Positions 47,701-60,500 of a stretch of 64,000 bases of DNA are shown piece after piece. The notes under the pieces were generated by a model. It had not been told where the DNA came from. It ran no database searches and saw only the letters and a list, made by a program, of their open reading frames with translations. This DNA is from a candidate division FCPU426 bacterium (GTDB lineage Bacteria; Oederibacteriota; Muellerivitia; Muellerivitales; Muellerivitaceae), in the NCBI GenBank assembly GCA_963847625.1, contig CAWKAR010000027.1, positions 32,001 to 96,000 of the forward strand, written 5' to 3'. Both the position numbers and the translations under genes were made by a program. Positions within the stretch are counted from its first letter, which is position 1, and each line of letters starts with the position of its first letter.

Positions 47701-48580
47701 TGCGACTTCAACTCGAACCCTCACCTGGACTAATACGCCGACCACGACTTCGACACCAACGTCCACGGATACACCGACGACCACGTCCACGCCCACGGCC
47801 ACACTAACCGGGACTCAGTCCCCGACGAACACCCCGACAATCACCCTTACCCCCACTTCTACATTTACTCTCACGAATACTCCAACCATCACCTCCACTC
47901 CTACCAACACGCCGACGGATTCTATGACTCTCACACCAACCTTTACCGCGACACAGACCTCTACATCTACTCCAAAAAATACACCAACTTCAACCTCTAC
48001 TCTAACACCCACATCGACCCCGACAACGACTCCTTCATTCACCTCAACCTATACCAATTCCACAACACCCACTCTGGCCTGGACGCCTACGTCCACTTTA
48101 ACAAATACACCCAGCCTGACGTCGACCGATGTGCCGATTCCGACTTCCTCTTCCACGCCTTCGCCAACGAATACACTGACCCCCATGCCCACAAACGCGC
48201 CAACGTCGACGTCAACACCGTCCGTGACAGAAACCCCGTTCGAAACTGCAAGCCCCAGTCCGATACAAACGGCTGTTATGACACAGACTCCGACACACCC
48301 CGGGATCCCTTCCTTAAAGATCTATCCGAATCCGGTCCTAAACGACCAGCCGTTGATCATTCTGCTTTCCATCACGTCCACTTCCGACGTGCGGGTTGAA
48401 ATCTTCACTCTAGCTTTTAGGAAGGTGAACGAACTTAACTTTTCCCAGGTGGCTCCGGGTGGCAGCGTGACGGTTCCCTTGACGGATCGCTGGAACAAGC
48501 CTCTGGCCGATGGCCTTTATTACGTGGTGATAAAAACCGGCCAGGGCAGGTCCATCGGGAAATTACTAATCTTTAGGTGA
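44780..48580 (+). CDS. Glycoside hydrolase family 8 (endoglucanase-like) with long Thr-rich stalk and T9SS-like C-terminal domain
   Basis: GH8 motifs [24 protein letters not shown] and YDACRTPFR; (Thr-X)n region ~46000-48300; tail IYPNPV...[11 protein letters not shown]...LADGLYY...GKLLIFR. TTG start after AAAGGTG. Confidence 0.9.
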   Translation: MRVKIQYFLQLMLLIPVWGFISPAQGQSINGTTGKYPFPQNRANPYGIRATNYVNQDVIDAYNKWYADCVTSSGAGGYLRVQRPNEPGLIVDSTVSEGIGYGMIIAVYMNDENLFDNLWKYEQIHLDGNGVMNWYINTTGGNAGTGGATDADEDMAWGLLMASRQWGGSGTLSATYLSYAVSQINIIYNTEVSGGNLIAGDGYVAYNPSYFDPAYYREFATATSNSNWPNVSTSCYTILNDNLSQGYGNANNGLDSAWCNSSGVSVNQNGVAFFDYQYDACRTPFRIGEDYVWFGNSQAQTYLSKTSAFFSAIGAVSIVDGYHLNGTTDAQLPTLQVSVNPGFQSAAFVGPAGCGAMSSATYQTYVNNTYTDLVGSKLLVGGTYYDECWTVMSLLMLSGNFLDYNLYVTPTVTPTVGSPTSTPTRTPTITPTATITPTPTSTSTITRTSTPTPTATRTNTPTNTVTTTPTNTATATPTPTRTNSPTNTVTPTSTNTSVNTATNTATSTPTATRTNTPTNTLSSTPTPTLTRTNTPTYSVTNTPTNTATGTSIPTRTNTPTNTLTNTATFTPTLTRTNSPTNTITPSPTDTTFPLFTSTSTNTRTNTATFTPTITSTNTLTSTPTLTLTRTNSPTSTLTPTPTNTPTNTPTSTATASSTPTRTNTQTNIPTSTPTNTSTYTRTNTPTSTPTATATHTPTVTSTVTNTSTGTTSPTPTFTNTPTRTLTPTLTNTVTSTPSPPVTNTSTSTPTATPTRTLTPTSTNTSSNTATATPANTLTSTRTNTPTSTPTATATHTPTVTSTVTNTSTGTTSPTPTFTNTPTRTLTPTLTNTVTSTPSPPVTNTSTSTPTATPTRTLTPTSTNTSSNTATATPTNTLTSTRTNTPTSTPTATATHTPTVTSTVTNTSTGTTSPTQTYTNTLTRTQTSTPANTATSTPTPTVTNTFTNTPTPTLTPLPTATNTPTMTPTSTSTNTATSTRTLTWTNTPTTTSTPTSTDTPTTTSTPTATLTGTQSPTNTPTITLTPTSTFTLTNTPTITSTPTNTPTDSMTLTPTFTATQTSTSTPKNTPTSTSTLTPTSTPTTTPSFTSTYTNSTTPTLAWTPTSTLTNTPSLTSTDVPIPTSSSTPSPTNTLTPMPTNAPTSTSTPSVTETPFETASPSPIQTAVMTQTPTHPGIPSLKIYPNPVLNDQPLIILLSITSTSDVRVEIFTLAFRKVNELNFSQVAPGGSVTVPLTDRWNKPLADGLYYVVIKTGQGRSIGKLLIFR
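46820..47510 (+). repeat. 300-bp coding tandem repeat (~2.3 copies) in the GH8 stalk
   Basis: AGGACAAACACACCAACTTCT at 46820, 47120 and 47420, with near-identical sequence between. Confidence 0.88.
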
Positions 48581-48676
48581 AATCGAACCATCGATTTGAG
48601 CCCTACAGGCCTTCCAGAGGGCCTTCGCCGGGTTGAAAACCTTGGCGCAAGCAAAGTCCTATGATAGTCTCAACCC

Positions 48677-50470
48677 ATGAACGCCAAACTTCCCCGGAAT
48701 TCGCCCGCCTTACGCAACCTACTGGTTCAGGAAGGTTTTTTGTCCATCCTTAAGTATTACGTCGACTTGAATTGTTCCGTCGTCTCATTCGCTCCGGGTA
48801 GGTTTTGGGTGCCCATTCACCAGCATCAAAGAGCGGCGACCTTTTTCGATTTGGAAAAAAAATACGGGCTTGTTCGAAAGCTTGATGAAGTCGACAACCC
48901 GTACTTTCGGACCGCTTACCAGGAAAAACGCACCGTCCTGGGGGAATACCAAGACCTGGGATTTTACGATCTTTTCGTTCCGGTGGTGCGCAATGGGCGG
49001 TGCCTGGGCATGGTGATATCAGGTGTTTTCTCAAACCAGGAGTGGACCCGGCAGAAATTGGAGGAAAGTTGGTTGAAGATCAGCCGCCAGGAAACCACGA
49101 CGGAAAATCCAGGGTTCTTGGAATTCGTGAAAATTGCCTTGGAAACTCCCGTGTTGGAAGGCGACGGATATCTCGCATACCGGGAAGCCACCGAAAACTT
49201 CGCGCAGATCTTAAGCGGTGAAAAGCAATGGCCGAAGACTGATCGGTTTCATGAACTGAAGGTCAAAGTTTTTTCCAAAGTATTCCCCCATAGTTTTTGG
49301 TTGGATTGGGCCTTGGGCCGCAAGCCCGTCATGCAAGCTTGGGGCATTGAAGTCCAGGAATTGGATTGGGTCCAGGAAGAGATAGGAATTACTCGGATTC
49401 CCACAACCGTGATCGCGGCGATCCCGATAAAATTAACGGGAGGGAAAGTCGATCCGGTCGCCGAAATGCTTCGGATCCATAATTTACAACGCCTGAGTTT
49501 TAATTTCGCTAGGACCCTGCCCCAAACCGTCTGCGGAAAACTTGAGAATTACGGCGTCGTTTTCGTCACTTCAGCAGACCTCTCGAAAAACCGCCTTCAA
49601 CGCAGGAACCAAATCGAGGACACTGCAAGGAAAATTCACCGGTTTGCCATCGACAATTTGGGAGGGCCTGCCCTGGTCGGAATAGGGGAAACGGTGGCCC
49701 CAGGAGAACCATTGAATCGCTCCTACCGCCAGGCTGTATTAGCCCTCCATTTGGGCAGCTATTCGGGAAAGGAACTGGTTTTTTTCAACGCTGCCCGCGA
49801 ACCAGAAGCCGAGGGCTTGTCGGAACTCAGACGAGTCCTGCTGGAGCTGAAACGACAATTTGTCGTCGCTTCTTATTCCGATATGGAAATGGTGTTGGAT
49901 GGATATTTAAAAATGGTCTTAACCCTTTCCTTTAGGAGTCCTGATGAAATTCGGTGGCATTTACAATATGCCCTTATCCAATTGGTCGAAGCAGTCCGCG
50001 ATCGTTCCGACCTTCATGAGCAGGAAGCCAATTGGTTGCACCAAAACCTGGCCAGGACTTTGGAAAAGGCTGTCACCACACAAGAAATGGTTTTGGCTTT
50101 CCGGGAATCGTTGTCGAAACTCTCCGAAAGGTTCGGGAAATTCAAGACACTCAAAGCCGTTTATTCGATTGAAAAAACGCGGGATTATATCGACGGTCAT
50201 TTTCGAGAACCTTTGCGGGTTTCCCGACTGGCAAAATTCACCGGTGTTTCCAGTTCAACATTCAGCCGCCGGTTTAAAAGATTGACGGGAATGGGATTGG
50301 AAACGTACGTGCAAAAGTTGCGTTTGGGCGAAGCAAAACGTCTTTTGAAAACCAGCGGGTTGCCCGTGGCCCGGATCGGTCAATACTGTGGATTTAAATC
50401 CGCTTCCTATTTCATACATTTATTTCAAAATAAGATTGGTCTGTCACCCCGGAAATTCCGCCAAAAATAA
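48677..50470 (+). CDS. AraC-family transcriptional regulator with N-terminal PocR-like sensor
   Basis: C-terminal AraC double HTH (LAKFTGVSSSTFSRRFK...CGFKSASYFIHLF...GLSPRKFR); N-terminal GFYDLFVPV...GMVISG is PocR-like (inference). Confidence 0.85.
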   Translation: MNAKLPRNSPALRNLLVQEGFLSILKYYVDLNCSVVSFAPGRFWVPIHQHQRAATFFDLEKKYGLVRKLDEVDNPYFRTAYQEKRTVLGEYQDLGFYDLFVPVVRNGRCLGMVISGVFSNQEWTRQKLEESWLKISRQETTTENPGFLEFVKIALETPVLEGDGYLAYREATENFAQILSGEKQWPKTDRFHELKVKVFSKVFPHSFWLDWALGRKPVMQAWGIEVQELDWVQEEIGITRIPTTVIAAIPIKLTGGKVDPVAEMLRIHNLQRLSFNFARTLPQTVCGKLENYGVVFVTSADLSKNRLQRRNQIEDTARKIHRFAIDNLGGPALVGIGETVAPGEPLNRSYRQAVLALHLGSYSGKELVFFNAAREPEAEGLSELRRVLLELKRQFVVASYSDMEMVLDGYLKMVLTLSFRSPDEIRWHLQYALIQLVEAVRDRSDLHEQEANWLHQNLARTLEKAVTTQEMVLAFRESLSKLSERFGKFKTLKAVYSIEKTRDYIDGHFREPLRVSRLAKFTGVSSSTFSRRFKRLTGMGLETYVQKLRLGEAKRLLKTSGLPVARIGQYCGFKSASYFIHLFQNKIGLSPRKFRQK

Positions 50471-50546
50471 AATAAACGTAGCTAAATCGCACTTCATGTT
50501 TTTGAAAGTATTTTTCACTTGTTTATGAGCCATACGAACACCCCCG

Positions 50547-50763
50547 CCGATTAAACGAGAAACTTCCTTGAACTATAACGGTCCAATGCCAAATGAAATA
50601 AAAAGCAATTAAAATGGGATTAAAAAGATAGTAACTTTGGCCCGGGATAGTGATATTTCCAATAACAGGGGTATATTTACTTTAATTAGGAATAAAAACC
50701 CTTTCATGGGGGGCGAGCTATACCCCTTTTTGCATTGGTTGGAGAGTATCGTGACCGATATTC
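50547..50763 (+). repeat. Conserved promoter/5'-leader block, copy 1 (copy 2 at 57294..57510)
   Basis: Gap-free alignment at offset 6747, including GGGGTATATTTACT, a G/C hairpin with U-tract, and GGAGAG-TATC-GTG. Confidence 0.85.
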
Positions 50764-53700
50764 GCGAAAAAAATTTAAAACGATTTTTTTTATTTTATAT
50801 CTGCCAAAACCGTAATTTCAATAAGCTTTCCAATGTTTTTTTAGCCCCATTATTCTCCTTGAAACCGGTTTTGATGTGCCTAACAATCCTGTTTTTCGGG
50901 GCGAACCTTTCCTTTTTATGTGCCCAAGTCAGCATCACTGTGAACGCCGGCACGACCATCGTTACCATTCCCAATGCGATTTACGGCAACAATGCGCAGT
51001 ATTACAACGCAGCCAATAACGGTACGGTCTCCACTTACAACACCCTCATGCAGGTTTCCGGCTGCCGCAACATCCGCTGGCCGGGTGGATCCGAGGCCGA
51101 CATTGTGGATTGGAATAATCTCGTTTGCGAAGATGCTGGTGCCGCCACAACCCCCCAGTTTATCACCTTCTTGCAAACAATCGGCGGAACCCTGCAACCC
51201 ATCGTGAATTTCAGCGCTTACTGGTGCAGCGGAGGCTCCGGGTCCGGAACTACCACCCAATACACCGAATCCCAAGCCGTCAGCCTGGCTGAGGCGTGGG
51301 TTACTTGGAACATGAGCAATACGGGTACGGCCAAGGCGAAATATTGGGAAGTCGGCAACGAAACCTACGGCACCTGGGAGCAGGACGGGGGCATCAGCGG
51401 TACGACCTACGGCCAGGAATTCGTCACTTTCTACAATGGGATGAAAGCGATCGATTCCACCATCGAGATTGGGGCGGTAGCGTCGCCTGGTTCAGGGGAT
51501 TACAGCAACTGGACGCCCAACATGCTCACAGCCGCGAAAGCTGGCGGAGTCGTGCCGGACTTCCTTATCATCCACAATTATCCGGTTACTTCTGGCGCCC
51601 CCGCGGGCGCGGGCACGGATGCCTACATCCTCAGTTTCCCCTCCACCATCGCAACCCAAACAAGTAGCCTGAACTCCATTGTGTCCTCTGCTTTGGGAAG
51701 TTCCTATGTCGGACAAGTAAAATACTTCATGAGCGAATACAACTCAAGCCTCGGGCCGGATGCCCAAACCAACGAGTACGTAAACGCCATGTTCTGTTCC
51801 GAATGGATCCTGGAAATGGCCAAAAACGGCTGGATTGGCGCAAATCTTTGGGCCACCCTGAATGGCGGCACCCCCGATTACGGTTTCGTCAACACCACCA
51901 CCTACGCCCCATTTCCAAATTATTACATTTTCCCCATGCTGACTGGTAAGTTCGGTACCTACATGGTTTCCTGCACCAGCAGCAACGCCACTACCGTATC
52001 GGCCTATGCGGCCAAGGATTCATCGGGGAACCTCACCCTTTTCTTGGTCAACAACAACCCCACGGCTACTGTTCCAGCCACGGTCACAGTGTCCGGGTTC
52101 ACACCCTCTTCTTCTGGCCAGGCTTGGGTGATGCTGCCCCAAGGAACCTCTTCGAGCGGGGCCCCCCAAGAAGCTCCAGGTCTCCAGATCAACGGCACCG
52201 CCAACCCCGCGCCAAGCGCCATCAGCGGCATCGCGGGGGTTGCCCAAACCACGGGGACGACTTTTACTGTTAGTCTTCAACCTAGTGAAATGGACTTGAT
52301 CGTTATTCCGGGAACCAGCGGGGGATCGCCTGTTCCCACGAATACTTTCACCTGGACCCCTACCCGTACCAACACCCCTACCCCCACCTTAACGACCGTG
52401 CCCCCCAAAATCATCCTGACCAAGACCACCAGCGGTCCCACCTCCAATTATTCGGATAATGGGCCCATTACGATGACTCTGAATGTTTGCAACGGATCGG
52501 GGTCGGTCACGGCCAATTCGGTCACGGTCACGGACAGCATTACGAATCCCTTAGGGTGGTCCTTCGAGGGGCCCGGTTACAGTCAATGGACCGTGACGGT
52601 ATCGGGGGCGGCGGTGACGATCAATCCCACGAGTACGACCTATCCGAACCTGACCTGGGTGGTGAGCAACCTGCCCGGGGGGAACTGCGTGCCGGTCACC
52701 TTCATCGTGGGTTCCTATAGCGTCAACTCGAGCGATTATTGCAATGTTGTCACCGACGCGGGGATAGCCAACTGGTCGGGCGGGGGCCCGGTGACCAGCA
52801 ATAGCATTTCCATCTCGGTGGTTTGCACCGTCGTGAACACCGCGACCAACACGCCTACAAGGACCTTAACCCCAACAACCACCAATACTTCGACGATTAC
52901 CCGGACAAACACTGTAACAGGCACACCTACCTCCACCCCGACCCGGACAAACTCGCCGACCAACACGTTCACGACGCTACCCACGAACACTTTAACCAGC
53001 ACCCCTACGTCCACCCCTACCAGGACGAACACGGCCACTAATACGTACACGACAGCGCCGACGAACACGTCCACGTCGACCCCAACCAGGACGAACACAA
53101 CGACCAGCACACTTACAAATACACCGACGAATACACCCACGAATACGGCAACCTCCACATCAACCCCGACCCGGACGAATTCGCCTACTAATACAGTCAC
53201 TCCTACGTCGACAAATACGTCCGTGAACACGCCAACGAACACCTCTACGCCTACACCAACCCCAACCAGGACGAACACACCAACCAGCACACTTACAAAT
53301 ACGCCGACGAATACGCCCACGAATACGGCGACCTCCACACCGACCCCGACAAGGACGAACTCGCCGACCGTTACGATCACAAGCACGTCGACGAATACGT
53401 CCGTGAACACGCCAACGAACACCTCTGCGGCCACGAATACGGCAACCTCCACACCGACCCCGACGAGGACAAATTCGCCTACTGATACAGTCACCCCTAC
53501 GTCGACGAACACGTCCGTGAATACAGCCACGAACACAGCGACCCTCACGTTAACCCCGACCAGAACGAATTCACCGACTGTTACGATCACAAGTACGTCG
53601 ACGAACACGTCCACGTCGACCCCAACCAGGACGAACACAACGACCAGCACACTTACAAATACACCGACGAATACACCCACGAATACGGCAACCTCCACAT

Positions 53701-56700
53701 CAACCCCGACCCGGACGAATTCGCCTACTAATACAGTCACTCCTACGTCGACAAATACGTCCGTGAACACGCCAACGAACACCTCTACGCCTACACCAAC
53801 CCCAACCAGGACGAACACACCAACCAGCACACTTACAAATACGCCGACGAATACGCCCACGAATACGGCGACCTCCACACCGACCCCGACAAGGACGAAC
53901 TCGCCGACCGTTACGATCACAAGCACGTCGACGAATACGTCCGTGAACACGCCAACGAACACCTCTGCGGCCACGAATACGGCAACCTCCACACCGACCC
54001 CGACGAGGACAAATTCGCCTACTGATACAGTCACCCCTACGTCGACGAACACGTCCGTGAATACAGCCACGAACACAGCGACCCTCACGTTAACCCCGAC
54101 CAGAACGAATTCACCGACTGTTACGATCACAAGTACGTCGACGAACACGTCCGTGAATACAGCCACGAATACGGCGACCTCCTCATCAACCCCGACCAGG
54201 ACGAACACACCCACCAGTACACTTACAAATACGCCGACGAATACGCCCACGAATACGGCGACCTCTACATCAACCCCGACCAGAACGAATTCGCCGACCG
54301 TTACGATCACAAGTACGCCGACGAATACGTCCATTTACACGTCAACGAACACCAATACGCCAACGAACACCTCTACTTCCACGTCAATCCCGACCAGGAC
54401 GAACACACCGACCAACACACTTACAAATACACTGACGAATACGCCCACGAATACGGCAACCCTCACGTCAACCCCAACCAGGACGAACTCGCCGACCGTT
54501 ACGATCACAAGCACGTCGACGAACACGTTCGCGAACACGCCAACGAACACCTCTACGTCCACGAATACGGCGACCTCCACATTCACCCCGACCAGGACGA
54601 ACACGCCGACCGTTACGATCACAAGCACGTCGACGAATACGTCCATTTACACGCCAACGAACACTAATACACCCACGAACACGGCGACTCCCACACCAAC
54701 CCCGACCAGGACGAACACGCCGACTGTTACGGTCACGAGTACGTCGACGAATACGTTCGCGAACACGCCAACGAACACCTCTACGTCCACGAATACGGCG
54801 ACCTCCACATTCACCCCGACCAGGACGAACACGCCGACCGTTACGATCACAAGCACGTCGACGAATACGTCCATTTACACGCCAACGAACACCAATACAC
54901 CCACGAACACGGCGACTCCCACACCAACCCCGACCAGGACGAACACGCCGACTGTTATGGTCACGAGTACGTCGACGAATACGTCCATTTACACGTCAAC
55001 GAACACCAATACGCCTACGCGCACGAATACGCCCACGCCGACGAATACCCCTACGAATACGGCAACTTCCACACCAACCCCGACCAGAACGAACACGCCG
55101 ACCGTTACGGTCACGAGTACGTCGACGAATACGTCCATTTACACGTCAACGAACACCAATACGCCCACGAACACGGCGACGAGCACTTCCACCAGCACAC
55201 GGACGAACACGCTCACCAGCACGGCCACGAATACGCCGACAAATACACCCACGAATACGACGACCGCGACGAACACCCTGACCCGGACATCCACGCCCAC
55301 GCTGACGAATACTCCCACGAACACACCGACGAATACGCCCACGAATACGCCGACGAATACTTTAACCAGCACCCGGACGCCCACGCCGACGAATACACCT
55401 ACGTCGACGATAACGTTCACGGCGACCGATACCAGCACAGGGACTCAGTCGCCCACGCCCACGGCGACTAATACGCCCACGGTCACCCATACGCCTACAA
55501 ACACTAATACTCTAACCCAGACGAACACACCGACGCGGACTTCTACATCCACAGCCACACCCACGCCAACGAGTACATCCACGAATACTCCTACGAACAC
55601 GCCGACGCGGACCTCCACAGCCACACCTACGCCAACGAATACGTCCGTTAACACATCCACAAACACACCGACGAACACGCTGACACGGACCTCTACGCCC
55701 ACAGCCACACCCACGCTGACGAATACGCCCGTTAACACGATTACGGACACCTCTACGCCCACGCCGACGAATACGTCCACGAACACACCCACGAACACTC
55801 CGACGCGGACCTCCACAGCCACAAACACGCCGACGAATACACCCACGAACACGCCGACGAATACTTTAACCAGCACCAGGACGAATACGCCGACAAACAC
55901 ACCGACAATGACGATCACCAGTACGCCGACGATAACGCTGACGTCGACCCCGACAGTGACAATTACGCCGACGAACACGCCGACGCGGACCTCTACGTCC
56001 ACAGCCACAAACATGCCGACGAATACGCCCACCAATACGCCGACGAATACTTTAACCAGCACCAGGACTCCCACGCCGACGAATACACCTACGCCGACGG
56101 TAACGTCCACGGCGACCGATACCAGCACAGGGACTCAGTCGCCCACGCCCACGGCGACTAATACGCCCACGGTCACCAATACACCGACCTATACAGCGAC
56201 ATCCACGGCGACGAGTACGCCCACGGTCACCAATACGCCGACCCGCACACCTACCAACACGCCCACGCCCACAAACACCAATACCCCGACCCCGACTTAC
56301 ACCTCCACGCCGACGCCCACCCCAACGCCGACTAACACAGCTACTTCCACCCCGACGCCCACGAGCACGTCCACGAATGTTCCCACGAATACGTTTACTC
56401 CGACATCCACCCCAACCCCGACTGTCACGTCAACCCCGACTCCAACACCTGTGACCTTGCAAGTTTCGCAGGGTACTTCACCCCCTCCAAATACGAGCCA
56501 GGTACCCGGGGCATCGGCTGTGACGGTGCAACAAGTTCTAGTGTCAAATCCAAGCAACAACCCGGTGACACTCACCAGCCTCGTTTTGACGGATACGAGT
56601 ACGTCGGGGAATCCTTCCACGGACATCACATCGGTGACGGTGTATGAGAATGGGGTGTCGGTTACCAGCGCGACGTTTAGCGGGCCATCGGTGACGCTCA

Positions 56701-57230
56701 ATTTGAACAATACTGTTGTGCCGGGGAATGGGAGTGTAACATTCGAGATTACGGCCGCGATTTCAACCACGGCCATTGGGACAGACACGGACTCATTCAG
56801 CGTAACGGGTATAACCGGGACCAACGGGCAGTCCACCCATTCCAACGGGTTACCAGTCCAAGGGGCGGTGGTTACGATCGAGGCTCCAACCGCGACGGCG
56901 ACGTCCACATATAAGAGGACATCCTCCCCCACGGCGACTCCGGTTGGGAAAAATGGAGTGGTTGTATATCCAAATCCGGTGAGCGGCCCGGGCCCGGTGA
57001 CGATCCAGGTTAATTTGACCCAAAAGGAATCGCTTGTTCGGGTGGAGATCTTCACGCTGGCCTTCCGGAAGGTGAATGAGATCGATCTGACCCAAGTGCC
57101 GGCGGGGACTACCAGTGTTTCCGTCCCCATGACGGACAGGGGCGGAAAACCTCTGGCCGACGGCCTTTATTACGTGGTTGTCCAAATGCCCCAGGGGCGT
57201 CTCGTCACCAAATTGCTTGTCTTGAGATGA
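50751..57230 (+). CDS. Secreted clan GH-A glycoside hydrolase (GH51/GH44/GH79-like) with DUF11-like domain, ~1200-aa Thr-rich stalk, Ig-like domain and T9SS-like C-terminal domain
   Basis: IRWPGGS, YWEVGNE (acid/base) and MSEYN (nucleophile); tail VYPNPV...[13 protein letters not shown]...LADGLYY...KLLVLR; GTG start behind GGAGAG. Confidence 0.82.
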   Translation: MTDIREKNLKRFFLFYICQNRNFNKLSNVFLAPLFSLKPVLMCLTILFFGANLSFLCAQVSITVNAGTTIVTIPNAIYGNNAQYYNAANNGTVSTYNTLMQVSGCRNIRWPGGSEADIVDWNNLVCEDAGAATTPQFITFLQTIGGTLQPIVNFSAYWCSGGSGSGTTTQYTESQAVSLAEAWVTWNMSNTGTAKAKYWEVGNETYGTWEQDGGISGTTYGQEFVTFYNGMKAIDSTIEIGAVASPGSGDYSNWTPNMLTAAKAGGVVPDFLIIHNYPVTSGAPAGAGTDAYILSFPSTIATQTSSLNSIVSSALGSSYVGQVKYFMSEYNSSLGPDAQTNEYVNAMFCSEWILEMAKNGWIGANLWATLNGGTPDYGFVNTTTYAPFPNYYIFPMLTGKFGTYMVSCTSSNATTVSAYAAKDSSGNLTLFLVNNNPTATVPATVTVSGFTPSSSGQAWVMLPQGTSSSGAPQEAPGLQINGTANPAPSAISGIAGVAQTTGTTFTVSLQPSEMDLIVIPGTSGGSPVPTNTFTWTPTRTNTPTPTLTTVPPKIILTKTTSGPTSNYSDNGPITMTLNVCNGSGSVTANSVTVTDSITNPLGWSFEGPGYSQWTVTVSGAAVTINPTSTTYPNLTWVVSNLPGGNCVPVTFIVGSYSVNSSDYCNVVTDAGIANWSGGGPVTSNSISISVVCTVVNTATNTPTRTLTPTTTNTSTITRTNTVTGTPTSTPTRTNSPTNTFTTLPTNTLTSTPTSTPTRTNTATNTYTTAPTNTSTSTPTRTNTTTSTLTNTPTNTPTNTATSTSTPTRTNSPTNTVTPTSTNTSVNTPTNTSTPTPTPTRTNTPTSTLTNTPTNTPTNTATSTPTPTRTNSPTVTITSTSTNTSVNTPTNTSAATNTATSTPTPTRTNSPTDTVTPTSTNTSVNTATNTATLTLTPTRTNSPTVTITSTSTNTSTSTPTRTNTTTSTLTNTPTNTPTNTATSTSTPTRTNSPTNTVTPTSTNTSVNTPTNTSTPTPTPTRTNTPTSTLTNTPTNTPTNTATSTPTPTRTNSPTVTITSTSTNTSVNTPTNTSAATNTATSTPTPTRTNSPTDTVTPTSTNTSVNTATNTATLTLTPTRTNSPTVTITSTSTNTSVNTATNTATSSSTPTRTNTPTSTLTNTPTNTPTNTATSTSTPTRTNSPTVTITSTPTNTSIYTSTNTNTPTNTSTSTSIPTRTNTPTNTLTNTLTNTPTNTATLTSTPTRTNSPTVTITSTSTNTFANTPTNTSTSTNTATSTFTPTRTNTPTVTITSTSTNTSIYTPTNTNTPTNTATPTPTPTRTNTPTVTVTSTSTNTFANTPTNTSTSTNTATSTFTPTRTNTPTVTITSTSTNTSIYTPTNTNTPTNTATPTPTPTRTNTPTVMVTSTSTNTSIYTSTNTNTPTRTNTPTPTNTPTNTATSTPTPTRTNTPTVTVTSTSTNTSIYTSTNTNTPTNTATSTSTSTRTNTLTSTATNTPTNTPTNTTTATNTLTRTSTPTLTNTPTNTPTNTPTNTPTNTLTSTRTPTPTNTPTSTITFTATDTSTGTQSPTPTATNTPTVTHTPTNTNTLTQTNTPTRTSTSTATPTPTSTSTNTPTNTPTRTSTATPTPTNTSVNTSTNTPTNTLTRTSTPTATPTLTNTPVNTITDTSTPTPTNTSTNTPTNTPTRTSTATNTPTNTPTNTPTNTLTSTRTNTPTNTPTMTITSTPTITLTSTPTVTITPTNTPTRTSTSTATNMPTNTPTNTPTNTLTSTRTPTPTNTPTPTVTSTATDTSTGTQSPTPTATNTPTVTNTPTYTATSTATSTPTVTNTPTRTPTNTPTPTNTNTPTPTYTSTPTPTPTPTNTATSTPTPTSTSTNVPTNTFTPTSTPTPTVTSTPTPTPVTLQVSQGTSPPPNTSQVPGASAVTVQQVLVSNPSNNPVTLTSLVLTDTSTSGNPSTDITSVTVYENGVSVTSATFSGPSVTLNLNNTVVPGNGSVTFEITAAISTTAIGTDTDSFSVTGITGTNGQSTHSNGLPVQGAVVTIEAPTATATSTYKRTSSPTATPVGKNGVVVYPNPVSGPGPVTIQVNLTQKESLVRVEIFTLAFRKVNEIDLTQVPAGTTSVSVPMTDRGGKPLADGLYYVVVQMPQGRLVTKLLVLR
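53059..54152 (+). repeat. Perfect 540-bp coding tandem duplication in the stalk
   Basis: Lines 53101-53580 are identical to 53641-54120. Confidence 0.9.
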
Positions 57231-57293
57231 TCTTTGGGCATGAAACATCTAGCGACTTTTGAAAAATAAAGTTCATTTAATAAGAGCGCCCTT

Positions 57294-57510
57294 CCGATTA
57301 AACGAGAAACTACCTTGAACTATAATGGCCTACGGTTAAATGAAATAAAAAGCAATTATAATGATGTTAAAAAGACAGTAACTTTGACCCAGGATTGTGA
57401 TAATTTCGATAACAGGGGTATATTTACTGTAAATAACAATAAAAACCCTTTCATGGGGGGCGGGTTAAACCCCTTTTTGCATTGGTTGGAGAGTATCGTG
57501 ACCGATATTC
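57294..57510 (+). repeat. Conserved promoter/5'-leader block, copy 2
   Basis: Homologous to 50547..50763. Confidence 0.85.
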
Positions 57511-60500
57511 GTAAAGAAAATTCAAAACGTTTTTTTATCTGTCTTTTGTTATGGAACCGGTTTCTTAATTACTTTTCCAAGGTTATTTTACCTTCCATTC
57601 TTATTGTCATCACCCCCTTATGGTCTTCCGTAGCTTGGGCGACAACCTCCACCGTCACGGTCAATGCCGCCAGCGTGAGTGTCGTCCTCCCCAACACCCT
57701 ATTCGGGCAGAACTACGCTGTTTACGACGGATCGGCCACCGTCGGCAAGACCGCCTACATCCAGGCGGTCTCAGCCATGGGAGCCTACCAACTGCGTTAT
57801 CCAGGCGGAGGCTATGGCGACATGATCAACTGGAACAATGTTACCTGCCAGGCTTCCTACATGCCCACCATAGCCCAGAGCGTTTCCTTTGCCAGTGCGG
57901 CGGGAGTAAAACTTCAACCTATTGTGAATTACGCCGGCTATTGGTGCGGCGCATCAAACGGCCATACTGCTGCAGTGAGCCTGGCGTCGGCCTGGGTGAC
58001 TTATATGAATAAGAGTCCTGCCGCCATGCCCACCACCTACTGGGAGGTTGGAAACGAAACCTTCGTCAGCGGGGAGGAAGGATACACGTCGGATGACAAC
58101 ACGGGAGGAGCCACTTACGGCAATAATTTCGTGGATTTCTACAACTCGATGAAGGCCGTGGATTCCACTATCAAAATCGGAGCTCAGTGCCAGTTCGACC
58201 ATGCGGGCTTTTCCCAGGGCGCCGTCACAGCCATCAAGGCCAAAGGCGTCACAATGGATTTCATCATTTCGCACTCCTACCCAATTTATAACGCCACCGA
58301 CACTCAGGCGGAGGATTACACCCTCCTCACCACCGACGTAACCGCAGCCACCACTCAAACCACCGCCTTGAACAACATTCTCTCCGCAGCGGGTTATCCT
58401 ACCACCATCCCCAAGTGGATGACCGAATACCGCTCCAGCGTGCCCGAAAACAAGGCCGTCGAATGGGTGGACGCCATGTGGGTGTCCCAGTACCTCCTGG
58501 AACTCGGCCGGAACGGCTGGCAGGGCGCCAACATTTGGGACATCAAGAATGGATTCAACACCAGCTATTCATCCGATTACGGACTCCTGCGCGGCGGGAC
58601 CAGCAATTCGGACGACACGCCCATCGACACGCCTCGCCCGACCTGGTATGTTTATCCATTCCTTTCGAGGGTATTCGGCAGGAATCTGGTGAACAGCAGC
58701 TCCAGCTCGGCCAGCTTGGGATGCTGGTCATCCACGGATACATCCGGAAATTTGACCATTTTCATGGTCAATAACGATTTTTCAAACGCCTGCACCGCGA
58801 CAGTCTCCATCAGCGGCTTCTCACCCGGCACCGCCGGTTCAATATGGACCCTTCAACCGGGTGGAACCACGAAATCCAGTGGAACCACTCCCATTGAACA
58901 ACAACGCGGCGTGACCATTAATGGGACCTTTAACCCCGCAGTCTCCTCCATCCCAGGCACCGGTAATTCCATCACCACCGGCGCCAGCTTCAACGTGACG
59001 GTTCCAATCGCCTCCATGGTGCTGGTGAAAGTCCCCTCGGGCGGTTCGCCTGTCCCCACCTCCACTTTTACCCGGACCTTTACTTCGACCACCACACCGA
59101 CCATGACCCCGACCAAATGCGCAGTCGTTTTCAACGGCTGTAACACGGCTACGGATAACGGAACCTGGAGTGGTACTGTCGGCACACGCACTTTCATCAC
59201 ATCCGGGTACCCGACAGGTGCCTTAACTGAGGGAACCGGACTCATGAAGGTGGCGGTGGGTGCTACCACCCTCACCTGGGATAATGCTCTCTTCAATCTT
59301 GCCGGTTTTACGCCTACTGTGTTCACTGGTTATGTCCAACTGACCCTGGACCTAAATCTGGACGCCGCAATCACCAACCTTTGGGGAAGTTACCATACTA
59401 TGCAGTTGGTCGCCGATTCTTCCACTAACAACCTCTATTCAGTGAGCATATCCTCGACACAGCCAACTCTTGTGGCCGGGCAGCAAACTTTGTCTTTTAC
59501 ATTGGACTACCCGGCGAGCATAACCTCCACAATGCCCTTATCCACCCTGTATTTCGTTTTGAACACCGGAAGCGCGGTTACGGGCATCAATATGTATGTG
59601 GATAATATACGTTTATTAGCTTCCTGCGGTGTGCCAACCGCAACACTAACCCCCACTCAAACCAATACCCCAACCATTACCCGAACAAACACGTCAACAA
59701 ACACTCCCACCTCGACGCCGACCAATACCCGGACGAACACACCGAACAATACACCGACTTATACGGCAACCAACACCTCTACGAACACTGCAACCAGCAC
59801 GTCAACCCCCACACGGACGAACACGGCCACTAATACGTACACGACCGCGCCTACGAACACGTCCACGTCGACCCCTACGGCAACCCCCACACGGACGAAC
59901 ACAGCCACTAATACGTACACGACCGCGCCGACAAATACATCCACGTCGACTCCTACGGCAACCGCAACGAGGACAAATTCGCCTACTAATACAGTCACTC
60001 CTACGTCGACGAACACGTCCGTGAATACAGCCACGAATACGGCGACCTCCACATCAACCCCGACCAGAACGAACACACCCACCAGCACACTTACAAATAC
60101 GCCGACGAATACGCCCACGAATACGGCGACCGTCACACCCATCGCAACGAGGACAAATTCGCCTACTAATACAGTCACTCCTACGTCGACGAACACGTCC
60201 GTGAATACAGCCACGAATACGGCGACCTCCACATCAACCCCGACCAGAACGAACACACTCACCAGCACACTTACAAATACGCCGACGAATACGCCCACGA
60301 ATACGGCGACCGTCACACCCACCGCAACGAGGACAAATTCGCCTACTGGTACAGTCACCCCTACGTCGACGAATACGTCCGTGAACACGCCAACGAACAC
60401 CTCTACGGCCACGAATACGGCGACCTCCACGTCAACCCCGACCAGGACGAACACACCCACCAGTACACTTACAAATACGCCGACGAATACGCCCATTTAC

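Noticed and set aside
52830..56460. Ice-nucleation protein assignment for the TxT stalks
   Set aside because: They lack the Gly-rich 16-residue AGYGST repeat and contain abundant Pro; kept only as a testable side hypothesis.
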